32,000 nucleotides of DNA from Methanothermobacter thermautotrophicus str. Delta H. GTDB lineage: Archaea > Methanobacteriota > Methanobacteria > Methanobacteriales > Methanothermobacteraceae. Both the position numbers and the translations under genes were made by a program. The number at the start of each line of letters is the position of its first letter. Position 1 is the stretch's first letter. The notes under the pieces were generated by a model. That model saw nothing but the letters and a program-made list of their open reading frames with translations. It had not been told where the DNA came from and did no database searches. The stretch covers positions 390,001 to 422,000 of the forward strand of contig NC_000916.1 of NCBI RefSeq assembly GCF_000008645.1, read 5' to 3'. Shown here piece by piece: positions 21,694 to 29,812 of the stretch.

Positions 21694-24444
21694 TCACCCT
21701 GCGCCACAGAAGGTCCTGAACACGCACCTGCTGCAGAAGGGGTTCTTCCTGGGTTCGAAGCATTCCTCCCTTATCCTCGCGACGGTTTCAGCGATCCTCT
21801 CCTTAACCCTGAATTCAGGGTCGGAGTCAAAGGATATCCTCATGGAGTCCTTTATAGCGTAGGCGGATAGACTGTCGAACCTGTACCTCTCCCTTAGTGC
21901 GTATTCATAGGTCCGGAGCTGGTACTCAAGGGCCATCCTCTCAACACCGCCATGCTCACGGGCCTTGAAGTCGACAAGTTCAAGTTCACCGTCCCTGGTT
22001 CTGATTATCAGGTCTGTCCTCCCCTCTATTATTATATCAGTGTCGGGTATGGAGAAGGGCTCCTCAACCGATACCACCTCCCCTGTATGGTCCCTTGTGT
22101 CATGGTAGTAGTTGAGGAGTTCCCTCTCAAGGCGCCTCTTTTTAACCTTATCGTCTCTCCCCATGGGTATCCAGCACCTTTCAACGATTCTCCTTATGAG
22201 GGCCCCGTTTATCTCCTCTGAGTTCTTCATGGCCAGGTGGAGCTCCTCAAGGCACCTGTGCAGTATGATCCCATAGCGCTGCATGAAGGTCTCAGGGTAG
22301 ACGAAGCCGTAGTGGTATATGAGCATGTACCTGAAGGGACACTCCTCGTAGGTGAAGAGGGCCGAGAAGTTGATCCTGAGGGGCTCCTCACTCCACTCCC
22401 TTTCAAGGCATCTGCTGACGGATGTGCAGTCACACTCATAGATGCCGCACTTCTCCCTGAGGTCTGTGATGAACGGTGACACACCCACCTTCCTGGTGTT
22501 GATACGGGGGGCTGTTGATATGATGAGGGCGTCCTGGGCCCTGGTCATTGCAACGTAGAAGAGGCGCCGGTCCTCATCAGGTACCTCCCCGGGTGATAGC
22601 AGGAGTTCCCCGGGTATGGGTATGGTGTCCCTCTCCTTACGCCTTTTAACAGGGAACCTGCCGTTTATGACCGAACAGATGAAGACAACAGGGAACTCGA
22701 GGCCCTTTGCCTGGTGAACCGTCATGATCTTCACCGACGCCGGGTCCTCCAGGGCTGCCTCGTCGTGGTGGAGGTGGGTGGGTAGGAGGTAGAGGTACCA
22801 TAAAAGGTCCTGTATCCTTGCTCCGGGCTTTATGGCCTCGTATCTGTCTATCAGTGAACTTAACTTTGCGAGGTTGAATATTTTAGCCCTGCTACTGTCG
22901 CTCCCGTCCTCTATGAGCCTCCTGAGGTACCCTGTAACCTCAAGTATACTGTAGAATGTGCTGAGAACTGTCAGTGATCCCTTCCCAACTTCATGGCGTA
23001 TCCTGTTGAGACCAAGGATCTTCTCTGCATCCTCCCCGTGTACACCGATTTCCTCAAGTTCCCTCCTTGATGTGAAGTCCGAGAGCCTGCAGTTTCTGTC
23101 AAGGGATTCGAGGGCCCGGAGGGTTTCACCGGTGAGGTCCAGGAATTCGCCCCTGAATCTGGATATGTTCCACCAGCCATCCCACTTCCTGAATCTTCCT
23201 CCATAGTCCGGTGGATCCACGTAGGCGAGGAAGTAGAGCATGCTCCTCACCTCATACCTTTTGAGGAAGGAGCCGTCTCCTCGCACTATGTAGGGTATGC
23301 CCTCCCTCCTGAGCTCTGCAAGGACCTTGTCTGCGTGGTTGCGGACGCTCCTGAATAGGAGTGCGACGTATCCGTATTCAGGTATCTTGCCGGAGGACTT
23401 CAGTTTCTTTATTAGTGATACTATGTTCCTGGCCTCTGAGTTAACGTCCCTGCTCTTCAGTATAACAACGTCGGTCCCGCCATCCCTTACCGGTTTGATG
23501 GTTTTCTCGTAGTGTCTCTCGCCCCTCATGAAGCTGTCTGCAGTCAGGACTATCCCTGCCCGGGACCTGAAGTTGTCCTCCAGGGTGACCACCTCTGCGT
23601 CGTACTCTTCACGGAACCTTATGAAGTTCTCTGGTGTGGCTCCCCTGAAGCCGTAGATGCTCTGGTCCTCATCCCCCACCACGCAGATGCTGGAGTTCTT
23701 CCCTGCTATCTCCCTTAATATCAACTCCTGTATGGGGCTTGTATCCTGGTACTCGTCTATCATTATGTACCTGTACTTCTTCCTTACGGATTCGAGTACC
23801 CTCTCGCTGGAGTTCAGGAGGAGGTAGACCTCCTTTTCAAGGCCAGGGAAGTCTATCTTCTTCTGCTCCCTGAGGAGTTCAAGGTAGCGGGCATAGCACA
23901 CGGCGATGCCCTGGTATTCTTCCCTGTCAGGATATTTCCTTCTGAGGGCGTTTATGAGCTCTTCAGGTTCAATGCAGTTTTCGGTGCATCTGTTGAAGAA
24001 TTCGATGGCCCTGTGCACCTCCCCCATCTTCATGTAGCGGTCCAATCCTATTTTGTAGAAGACCGTCCTGAGGAAAATGAGCTGGGATTCCTCGTCCAGG
24101 ATCTCGAATCCAGCCCCGAATTCGTGTTCCTCGGGGTGGTCACTCAGCACCTTGCTGCAGAATGAGTGTATGGTGGATATCTGCATGAGCTCGGCGTCCA
24201 GTCCCACACAGTTTATGAGCCTCGCCTTCAGTTCACCGGCTGCCTTCTCTGTGAAGGTTATGACGAGTATGTTCTCCGGGCTGACACCCTTTCTCTTGAC
24301 GAGGTATGCGACCCTTTCAACGAGTACGCGGGTCTTCCCGGCACCTGGTCCCGCCACAACTACCAGCGGCCCCTCCGTCTTCTTAACAGCCATCTTCTGC
24401 TTCTCTGTACATGCCTCGCCCTTCCTGCAGAGTGAACCCGTCAT
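21694..24444 (-). CDS. UvrD/PcrA/Rep-family superfamily-1 helicase fused to a C-terminal PD-(D/E)XK (RecB/Cas4-like) nuclease with a 4-Cys cluster
   Basis: The helicase part has Walker A AGPGAGKT, DEYQDT, and motifs VGDEDQSIYGFRGA and VHQAKGLEF. The C-terminus has EGRTDLI...LVDFKA...QLRTYEYAL plus Cys in EECPF and CSRCVFRTFC (C...CxxCx5C). Confidence 0.85.
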   Translation of the reverse strand: MTGSLCRKGEACTEKQKMAVKKTEGPLVVVAGPGAGKTRVLVERVAYLVKRKGVSPENILVITFTEKAAGELKARLINCVGLDAELMQISTIHSFCSKVLSDHPEEHEFGAGFEILDEESQLIFLRTVFYKIGLDRYMKMGEVHRAIEFFNRCTENCIEPEELINALRRKYPDREEYQGIAVCYARYLELLREQKKIDFPGLEKEVYLLLNSSERVLESVRKKYRYIMIDEYQDTSPIQELILREIAGKNSSICVVGDEDQSIYGFRGATPENFIRFREEYDAEVVTLEDNFRSRAGIVLTADSFMRGERHYEKTIKPVRDGGTDVVILKSRDVNSEARNIVSLIKKLKSSGKIPEYGYVALLFRSVRNHADKVLAELRREGIPYIVRGDGSFLKRYEVRSMLYFLAYVDPPDYGGRFRKWDGWWNISRFRGEFLDLTGETLRALESLDRNCRLSDFTSRRELEEIGVHGEDAEKILGLNRIRHEVGKGSLTVLSTFYSILEVTGYLRRLIEDGSDSSRAKIFNLAKLSSLIDRYEAIKPGARIQDLLWYLYLLPTHLHHDEAALEDPASVKIMTVHQAKGLEFPVVFICSVINGRFPVKRRKERDTIPIPGELLLSPGEVPDEDRRLFYVAMTRAQDALIISTAPRINTRKVGVSPFITDLREKCGIYECDCTSVSRCLEREWSEEPLRINFSALFTYEECPFRYMLIYHYGFVYPETFMQRYGIILHRCLEELHLAMKNSEEINGALIRRIVERCWIPMGRDDKVKKRRLERELLNYYHDTRDHTGEVVSVEEPFSIPDTDIIIEGRTDLIIRTRDGELELVDFKAREHGGVERMALEYQLRTYEYALRERYRFDSLSAYAIKDSMRISFDSDPEFRVKERIAETVARIREECFEPRKNPFCSRCVFRTFCGAG

Positions 24445-24584
24445 GATGAACCCCTGAATGATATATCAGTGCGAATAGATTTGATTGATGGGAATATTAA
24501 TGTTTTGTTTGGTTATTAAATCTGTACCGGATTAAAGGGCCTGAACACAAGGAATTATTAAAGAATCTGTACATAGAATCTTCA

Positions 24585-25364
24585 ATGGATCCTGGAAACC
24601 CTGTCTTCAATGCATTCCTTGCAACCATCTTCACCTGGCTCATGACCCTTGCAGGGGCGGCCCTGGTTTTTCTACCGCTGCAGGGTGATAGAAAACTCCT
24701 TGACTCATCCCTTGGATTTGCAGCAGGTATAATGATCGCTGCGAGCTTCTGGTCACTCCTGGTCCCTGCCATTGAACTTTCACCCACCGGGGTGTATGCC
24801 TGGGTTCCTCCGGCTGCCGGGTTCCTTGCCGGTGGTCTCTTCCTCTCAGCCATGGACAGGATCATACCACACCTTCACCCTGGCTGTGACCCTGAAGGTC
24901 TGCCAACGACCTGGCGGAGGAACAGACTCCTTCTCCTTGCAGTTGTGATACACAACCTTCCTGAGGGGCTGGCCATCGGTGTTGCCTTCGGTGCAGCTGC
25001 CAGTACCGGTGGACTTGCAGCTCCCCTTGCACTGGCACTGGGTATAGGTATACAGAACCTCCCGGAGGGTGCAGCGGTATCACTGCCCCTCCTTGGTGAG
25101 GGACTCTCCAGGTGGAGGAGCTTCATCTATGGACAGTTATCAGGTGTTATTGAGGTACTTGGAGGGATTGGAGGTGCCCTCATGGTCTACTCCTTTTCAG
25201 GGATAATGCCCTATGCCCTTGGCTTTGCAGCGGGGGCCATGATATTCGTTGTGATAGAGGACCTGATACCGGAGTGCCAGAGCGGAGGTAACACGGATCT
25301 TGCCACGGTCTCAGCGCTCATGGGCTTTGTTCTCATGATGGTACTTGACCTCGCACTTGCCTGA
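24585..25364 (+). CDS. ZIP-family divalent metal (zinc/iron) transporter, ZupT/GufA-like
   Basis: It has the signature HNLPEGLAIGVAFG, a second QNLPEGAAVS, and about 8 TM segments. Confidence 0.8.
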   Translation: MDPGNPVFNAFLATIFTWLMTLAGAALVFLPLQGDRKLLDSSLGFAAGIMIAASFWSLLVPAIELSPTGVYAWVPPAAGFLAGGLFLSAMDRIIPHLHPGCDPEGLPTTWRRNRLLLLAVVIHNLPEGLAIGVAFGAAASTGGLAAPLALALGIGIQNLPEGAAVSLPLLGEGLSRWRSFIYGQLSGVIEVLGGIGGALMVYSFSGIMPYALGFAAGAMIFVVIEDLIPECQSGGNTDLATVSALMGFVLMMVLDLALA

Positions 25365-25391
25365 TCCTCATGACACATCATAGTTCAACCG

Positions 25392-25417
25392 GTGGCCCCT
25401 GCCACTGAAAATTTTTT
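25392..25417 (+). terminator. Short hairpin (GTGGC-CCCT-GCCAC) followed by T6
   Basis: Read from the sequence, 28 nt after the ZIP stop codon. Confidence 0.4.
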
Positions 25418-25493
25418 CATGAATACCTGCAGAGCTTGTTTGAATGTCCCATTTTATTAGATATGATTCACATAATATTCTACAGGTGATATC

Positions 25494-26045
25494 ATGGCCA
25501 GGGTTACCCGTGAGATGGTTGAAAATTCAGGTATAGATCTGGATGAACTTGTGGAACTGCTTGTTAAGAACGCGGCTGCTGAACTCACAACCTTCTATTT
25601 TACACCCTACTCGGGGCCAATCTGATTGGACTCGAGGGTGAGGGGCTCAAGGAGATCGCCGAGGCTGCAAGGATAGAGGACAGGAACCACTTCGAGGCCC
25701 TTGTACCCAGGATATATGAACTCGGCGGTGAACTTCCAGGGGACATGAAGGAATTCCATGACATCTCAGGATGCCCACCGGCATACCTCCCGGCTAAGAC
25801 CAATGACACGATGGAGATCCTTGAGGTCCTGGTGGCAGCAGAGAGGTGTGCTGTCAGACAGTGCACCCATATATGTAACATCACCGCCGGGAAGGACCAC
25901 AGGACCTATGACCTTGCACTCTCAATACTCCATGAGGAGATAGCAGCACGAATCATGGTTCTCAGAGTTCCTGGGTGAGGGACCATCAGGTCACTTCATG
26001 AGGCGCGGTGAGACATCATCCTTCGTGAGGAAGTTCCTGGAATAA
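25494..26045 (+). pseudogene. DPS-like (DPSL) ferritin-superfamily antioxidant protein, disrupted by a -1 and a compensating +1 frame change
   Basis: The coding sequence runs through three segments:
- ATG 25494 (SD AGGTGAT) gives MARVTREMVENSGIDLDELVELLVKNAAAELTTFYF.
- The conserved core LIGLEGEGLKEIAEAARIEDRNHFEALVPRIYELGG...AAERCAVRQ...GKDHRTYDLALSILHEEI is in another frame (ORF 25745..25978 and upstream).
- The tail HESWFSEFLGEGPSGHFMRRGE...FLE* returns to the first frame, with TAA at 26043-26045.
The shifts are at T-run 25598-25601 and at GCAGCA 25943-25948. Confidence 0.75.
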
Positions 26046-26065
26046 TCCATGAATTCAGTGGTTCC

Positions 26066-26314
26066 ATGAGAATATTCACCCTGGAAGAACTCCTGGCATT
26101 TGATGGGAGGTCAGGGCCAGCATACATTGCATTTGAGGGAAGGGTCTATGATGTTTCAGGGAGCTTCCTCTGGAGGGACGGGAGACACCAGGCAGGCCAC
26201 AGTGCAGGATCAGACCTCACAGAGGATATAAAGAAAGCCCCACATGGGGCTGAACTCCTTGAAAGGTTCCCGGTTGTTGGTGTACTCGCTGAGGGGGGAA
26301 GTGCTGATGGCTGA
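26066..26314 (+). CDS. Cytochrome b5-like heme/steroid-binding (MAPR-type) domain protein
   Basis: FTLEELLAFDGRSGPAYIAFEGRVYDVSGS..W.DGRHQ resembles the MAPR/cyt-b5-like fold signature. Its last 8 nt overlap the next gene (ATGGCTGA). Confidence 0.65.
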   Translation: MRIFTLEELLAFDGRSGPAYIAFEGRVYDVSGSFLWRDGRHQAGHSAGSDLTEDIKKAPHGAELLERFPVVGVLAEGGSADG

Positions 26315-27968
26315 CTTCAGGTGCACTGTATGCAACTACATATTCCATGAGGAGGCTGATGGGGAATTCGATTCACTCCCTGCTGACTGGCGATGCCCTG
26401 TCTGCAATGCGCCACGCACAGCCTTTGTGAGGGTTCCATCCACTCTTGAGGAGGGCGGCAGGACGGTTTCTGAGGTCTTCATCTCCCAGCTGGCAGCTTG
26501 GGGTCTTAAATACGTTTTCGGCATCCCGGGCACATCCACCCTGGGACTCGTTGATGCCCTCAGAAGGAACGATGAGATAAGGTACATACAGGTGCGTCAT
26601 GAGGCTGCAGCGGCCTTCATGGCCTCCAGCTACGGTAAACTTACTGGTCAGCCCGCGGTCTGCATGGCTGTGGCCGGCCCCCGGGCATCGAACCTTATAA
26701 CAGGGCTCCTTGACGCGGCCCTTGACCGGGCCCCGGTTCTTGCAGTCACAGGACATGTCGAAACCTACAGGATAGGTACAGGTGCAAGCCAGGAGATAGA
26801 TCAGCATAGCCTCTTTGAGTCTTTCTCGGTCTACAACATGACCCTTGTGAGCCCGGATGAGGCAGCTGAGATTGCCAGGGAGGCTGTGAAGCACGCCATC
26901 CTTGAGCGGGGTGTTTCACATGTTGACGTCCCCCGGGATGTCCAGACCATGGAGTGCACAGCCCCGGTGAAGCCCCTCAGGGGCATGATGGCGGAGGCTG
27001 CAGTCACACCCCCCAGGAATCGTCTGAGGGCTGCAGCTGATCTGATAAACAGAGCAGAGCGGCCCGTGATAATAGCAGGCTTCGGTGCCCTGGAAGCAGC
27101 TGACAGTGTTGTTGAACTTGCGGAGAGGATAGGGGCAGCCATCGTATCCACCTTCAGGGGTAAGGGCATCGTTGATAATGACTACCCCCTCTACCTGGGC
27201 TGTCATGGTAGCCTGGGCTCGGCTGCTGCGGCCGAGGCTGTTAGGAAAGCAGATCTTCTCCTGGTTATCGGGTCATCATTCTCTGACCTCACCCGGATCC
27301 CGCCTCGGAGGACCCTCCAGGTCGACATCGACCCCATGATGGTAGCGAGGCGCCACCCGGTTGAGCAGGGCCTCACAGGAAGGTCCTCCCTCATAGTTCA
27401 GGAACTTATATCCATGGTGGAGGAGAAGGAAAGGGGGCCCTACCTGGCAGAACTGGGGGAACTCAGGGATGAATGGCTGGGACTCCTTGAATCAGAGGCT
27501 GATCCTTCACTGAGGCCCATCAGGCCCCAGTACATCATATCAGTCCTGAACAGGGAACTGGATGATGATGCCATCATAACCCTTGATGTTGGTGAGAACG
27601 GATGGTGGTTCGGCCGGAACTTCCAGATGAAGAGCACCAGAGGCTTCTCTTTTCAGGTTACCTGGGGGTCCATGGGTTTCGGTCTTCCGGCGGCCATCGC
27701 AGCACAGCTTGAATTCCCGGATAGACAGGTCGTTTGCATCAACAACAGGAACCTTGCAATGATAATGCAGGAGCAGCGTGTTGAAGGATTCCCTGTATGG
27801 CAGACAGAGCTCCAGGACTGTGACTTCGCAGGTTTTGCAGAGAACTGCGGGGGCCGGGGCCTGAGGGTGGATGATCCCGGTGAACTGGAGGACTCCGTGA
27901 GGGAGGCCCTGGGAACTGATGGTCCGGTCCTCGTGGACATTGAAACAGATCCACGGCGCTTCATCTGA
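26307..27968 (+). CDS. Rubredoxin-like domain fused to a thiamine-pyrophosphate enzyme of the pyruvate oxidase/acetolactate synthase family; the TPP-motif region appears shortened
   Basis: The N-terminus CTVCNYIFHEE...LPADWRCPVCNAPRTAF is a rubredoxin knuckle pair. It is followed by the TPP_enzyme_N (GIPGTSTLGLVDAL...HEAAAAFMA), central and C-terminal domains (WGSMGFGLPAAIAAQL). The start was chosen at ATG 26307, after SD GAGGGGGGA. Confidence 0.8.
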   Translation: MADFRCTVCNYIFHEEADGEFDSLPADWRCPVCNAPRTAFVRVPSTLEEGGRTVSEVFISQLAAWGLKYVFGIPGTSTLGLVDALRRNDEIRYIQVRHEAAAAFMASSYGKLTGQPAVCMAVAGPRASNLITGLLDAALDRAPVLAVTGHVETYRIGTGASQEIDQHSLFESFSVYNMTLVSPDEAAEIAREAVKHAILERGVSHVDVPRDVQTMECTAPVKPLRGMMAEAAVTPPRNRLRAAADLINRAERPVIIAGFGALEAADSVVELAERIGAAIVSTFRGKGIVDNDYPLYLGCHGSLGSAAAAEAVRKADLLLVIGSSFSDLTRIPPRRTLQVDIDPMMVARRHPVEQGLTGRSSLIVQELISMVEEKERGPYLAELGELRDEWLGLLESEADPSLRPIRPQYIISVLNRELDDDAIITLDVGENGWWFGRNFQMKSTRGFSFQVTWGSMGFGLPAAIAAQLEFPDRQVVCINNRNLAMIMQEQRVEGFPVWQTELQDCDFAGFAENCGGRGLRVDDPGELEDSVREALGTDGPVLVDIETDPRRFI

Positions 27969-27990
27969 CCTTCACAGGAGCAGGAAGGTC

Positions 27991-29037
27991 TCATCTGATT
28001 ACATGAACCGCAGAGGCCTTGAACTCTATCCAGACCCTGGACCCGGTGGTGATCCCCATATCATTGAGGGACTTCCCTGTCATGTGGACGGTGAGGGTTT
28101 CACCACCACAGCGCACCTCAAGCTGCTGCACCGAACCGGCGTCACGTACAGCCAGCACCCTGCCCTCCAGCTGGTTCAGGGCACTTGAATCCGTCCTCTG
28201 CCAGGATACAGTTATGTCCTCAGGCCTTATGGTGGCTGAAACATCTCCTGTGGCCCTCTCTGATGAGTAGATGCTTATACCATCACATTCGATGAGGGAT
28301 ATCCCTTCAGCGGTGATATGGGCCCTCCCCCTCAGCATGTTCCTGGCACCAACAAATTCTGCCACGAACCTGCTTGCCGGTTTTTTGAATATCTCCCGGG
28401 GCTCACCAGTCTGGAGGATTGACCGGTTGAGGATTGCAATCCTGTCTGCAAGCTTCTGTCCCTGGAGGAGGTCATGGGTCGTGAATATCACTGTAACATC
28501 CAGTTCAGCTATCACATCCTCCATCCTTGACCTTGAGATCGGGTCAAGGCTGGATGTCGCCTCATCAAGGAGCACAACTTCGGGCCGGTTTATGAGGACC
28601 TGGGCCAGAGCCAGGCGCTGCCGTTCCCCACCGGAGAGTTCAGTGGTTCTTCTGGACCCATAGCCCTTAAGTCCCATGGTTTCAAGGACATCCTTCACCT
28701 CTGACTCATGAGGCCTCTCACCCCTGATGCGGGGACCGTAGAGGATGCTCTCAGCCACGGTGCCCCTGAATACCGGGGTGTTCTGGAACACCATACCCAT
28801 CCTCCTCCTGACCTCCAGTGGTTTCAGGTCATCAACGTTTTCCCCCATGAACAGTATCTCACCATCATCCGGTCTTTCAAGGAGGTCCATTATCCGCAGG
28901 AGGGTGGATTTCCCGGCCCCTGTTGGTCCTATGATGCCCAGGGTCTCCCCCTCCCGCACCTTAAGGTTAACGTCCTCCAGGACCTTAATGTCCCCGTAGC
29001 TTTTTGTTATCCCTGAAAGTTCAATTACATGCATCAT
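27991..29037 (-). CDS. tupC: ABC transporter ATPase with a C-terminal TOBE domain (tungstate/molybdate type)
   Basis: Walker A GPTGAGKST, signature LSGGERQR and Walker B VVLLDEATS. The C-terminal roughly 110 aa are TOBE-like. It is in an operon with the permease and the TTTS-motif binding protein. Confidence 0.7.
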   Translation of the reverse strand: MMHVIELSGITKSYGDIKVLEDVNLKVREGETLGIIGPTGAGKSTLLRIMDLLERPDDGEILFMGENVDDLKPLEVRRRMGMVFQNTPVFRGTVAESILYGPRIRGERPHESEVKDVLETMGLKGYGSRRTTELSGGERQRLALAQVLINRPEVVLLDEATSSLDPISRSRMEDVIAELDVTVIFTTHDLLQGQKLADRIAILNRSILQTGEPREIFKKPASRFVAEFVGARNMLRGRAHITAEGISLIECDGISIYSSERATGDVSATIRPEDITVSWQRTDSSALNQLEGRVLAVRDAGSVQQLEVRCGGETLTVHMTGKSLNDMGITTGSRVWIEFKASAVHVIR

Positions 29038-29055
29038 ATCACCTGTCAGAGGTAT

Positions 29056-29763
29056 TCATTTCTCCTGGAAGTGGTTGAGGGCCGTGTTAACCATCAGGGA
29101 GATCAGGAGGAGTATTATTCCAAGGGCTATTGAGAGTTCAATGTTACCCTTAGATGTCTCAAGGGATATGGCTGTTGTTATGACCCTTGTGAATCCCCTT
29201 ATGTTACCACCGAGCATTATGGCCACACCCACCTCTGATATGGCCCTGCCGAAGCCCAGGATGATGGCGGCCATGACCGCGTACCTCGCCTCGGTGATGA
29301 CCTTCATCATAACCTGATACTCCGTGGCCCCCAGGGACCTTGCAAGATCCCGGAGTTCAGGTTTAACGCTCCTCAGGGCCGTGAGGCTGAATCCTGTTAC
29401 CAGGGGCAGTATCAGTATGCTCTGGCCCAGTATCATGCCGGCGGGTGTGAACAGGAGGTTGAATGACCCAAGGGGTCCTGAGCGCGATATGAGAAGGAAG
29501 ACGAAGAGCCCCACAAGTACCGTTGGCATGCTGTAGAGTGTCTGTATGATGTTTATGATGAACCTCCTGCCCCTGAATTCCCGGGAGTCAATTACTGAGG
29601 CTAGAGGCACTGCTACCACTGCTGCGATGCCGGTGGATGATAGTGAGATCATCAGCGTGCGTGCGGTTATATCCATGAGTTCAGGGTCAAGTGATGCCAT
29701 GAGTTCAAGGGCCCTTATGAATCCGGTGAGTATCTCGTTCAAGTTCCGGTCTCCATGCAGCAT
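29056..29763 (-). CDS. tupB: ABC transporter permease (tungstate/molybdate type)
   Basis: 235 aa, about 5-6 TM segments, located between the binding protein and the ATPase. Confidence 0.65.
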   Translation of the reverse strand: MLHGDRNLNEILTGFIRALELMASLDPELMDITARTLMISLSSTGIAAVVAVPLASVIDSREFRGRRFIINIIQTLYSMPTVLVGLFVFLLISRSGPLGSFNLLFTPAGMILGQSILILPLVTGFSLTALRSVKPELRDLARSLGATEYQVMMKVITEARYAVMAAIILGFGRAISEVGVAIMLGGNIRGFTRVITTAISLETSKGNIELSIALGIILLLISLMVNTALNHFQEK

Positions 29764-29812
29764 CTTCAGAAAAAGTCGGGGTCTTAAAAATAAAGTAGTA
29801 TGTTAACTGTTT

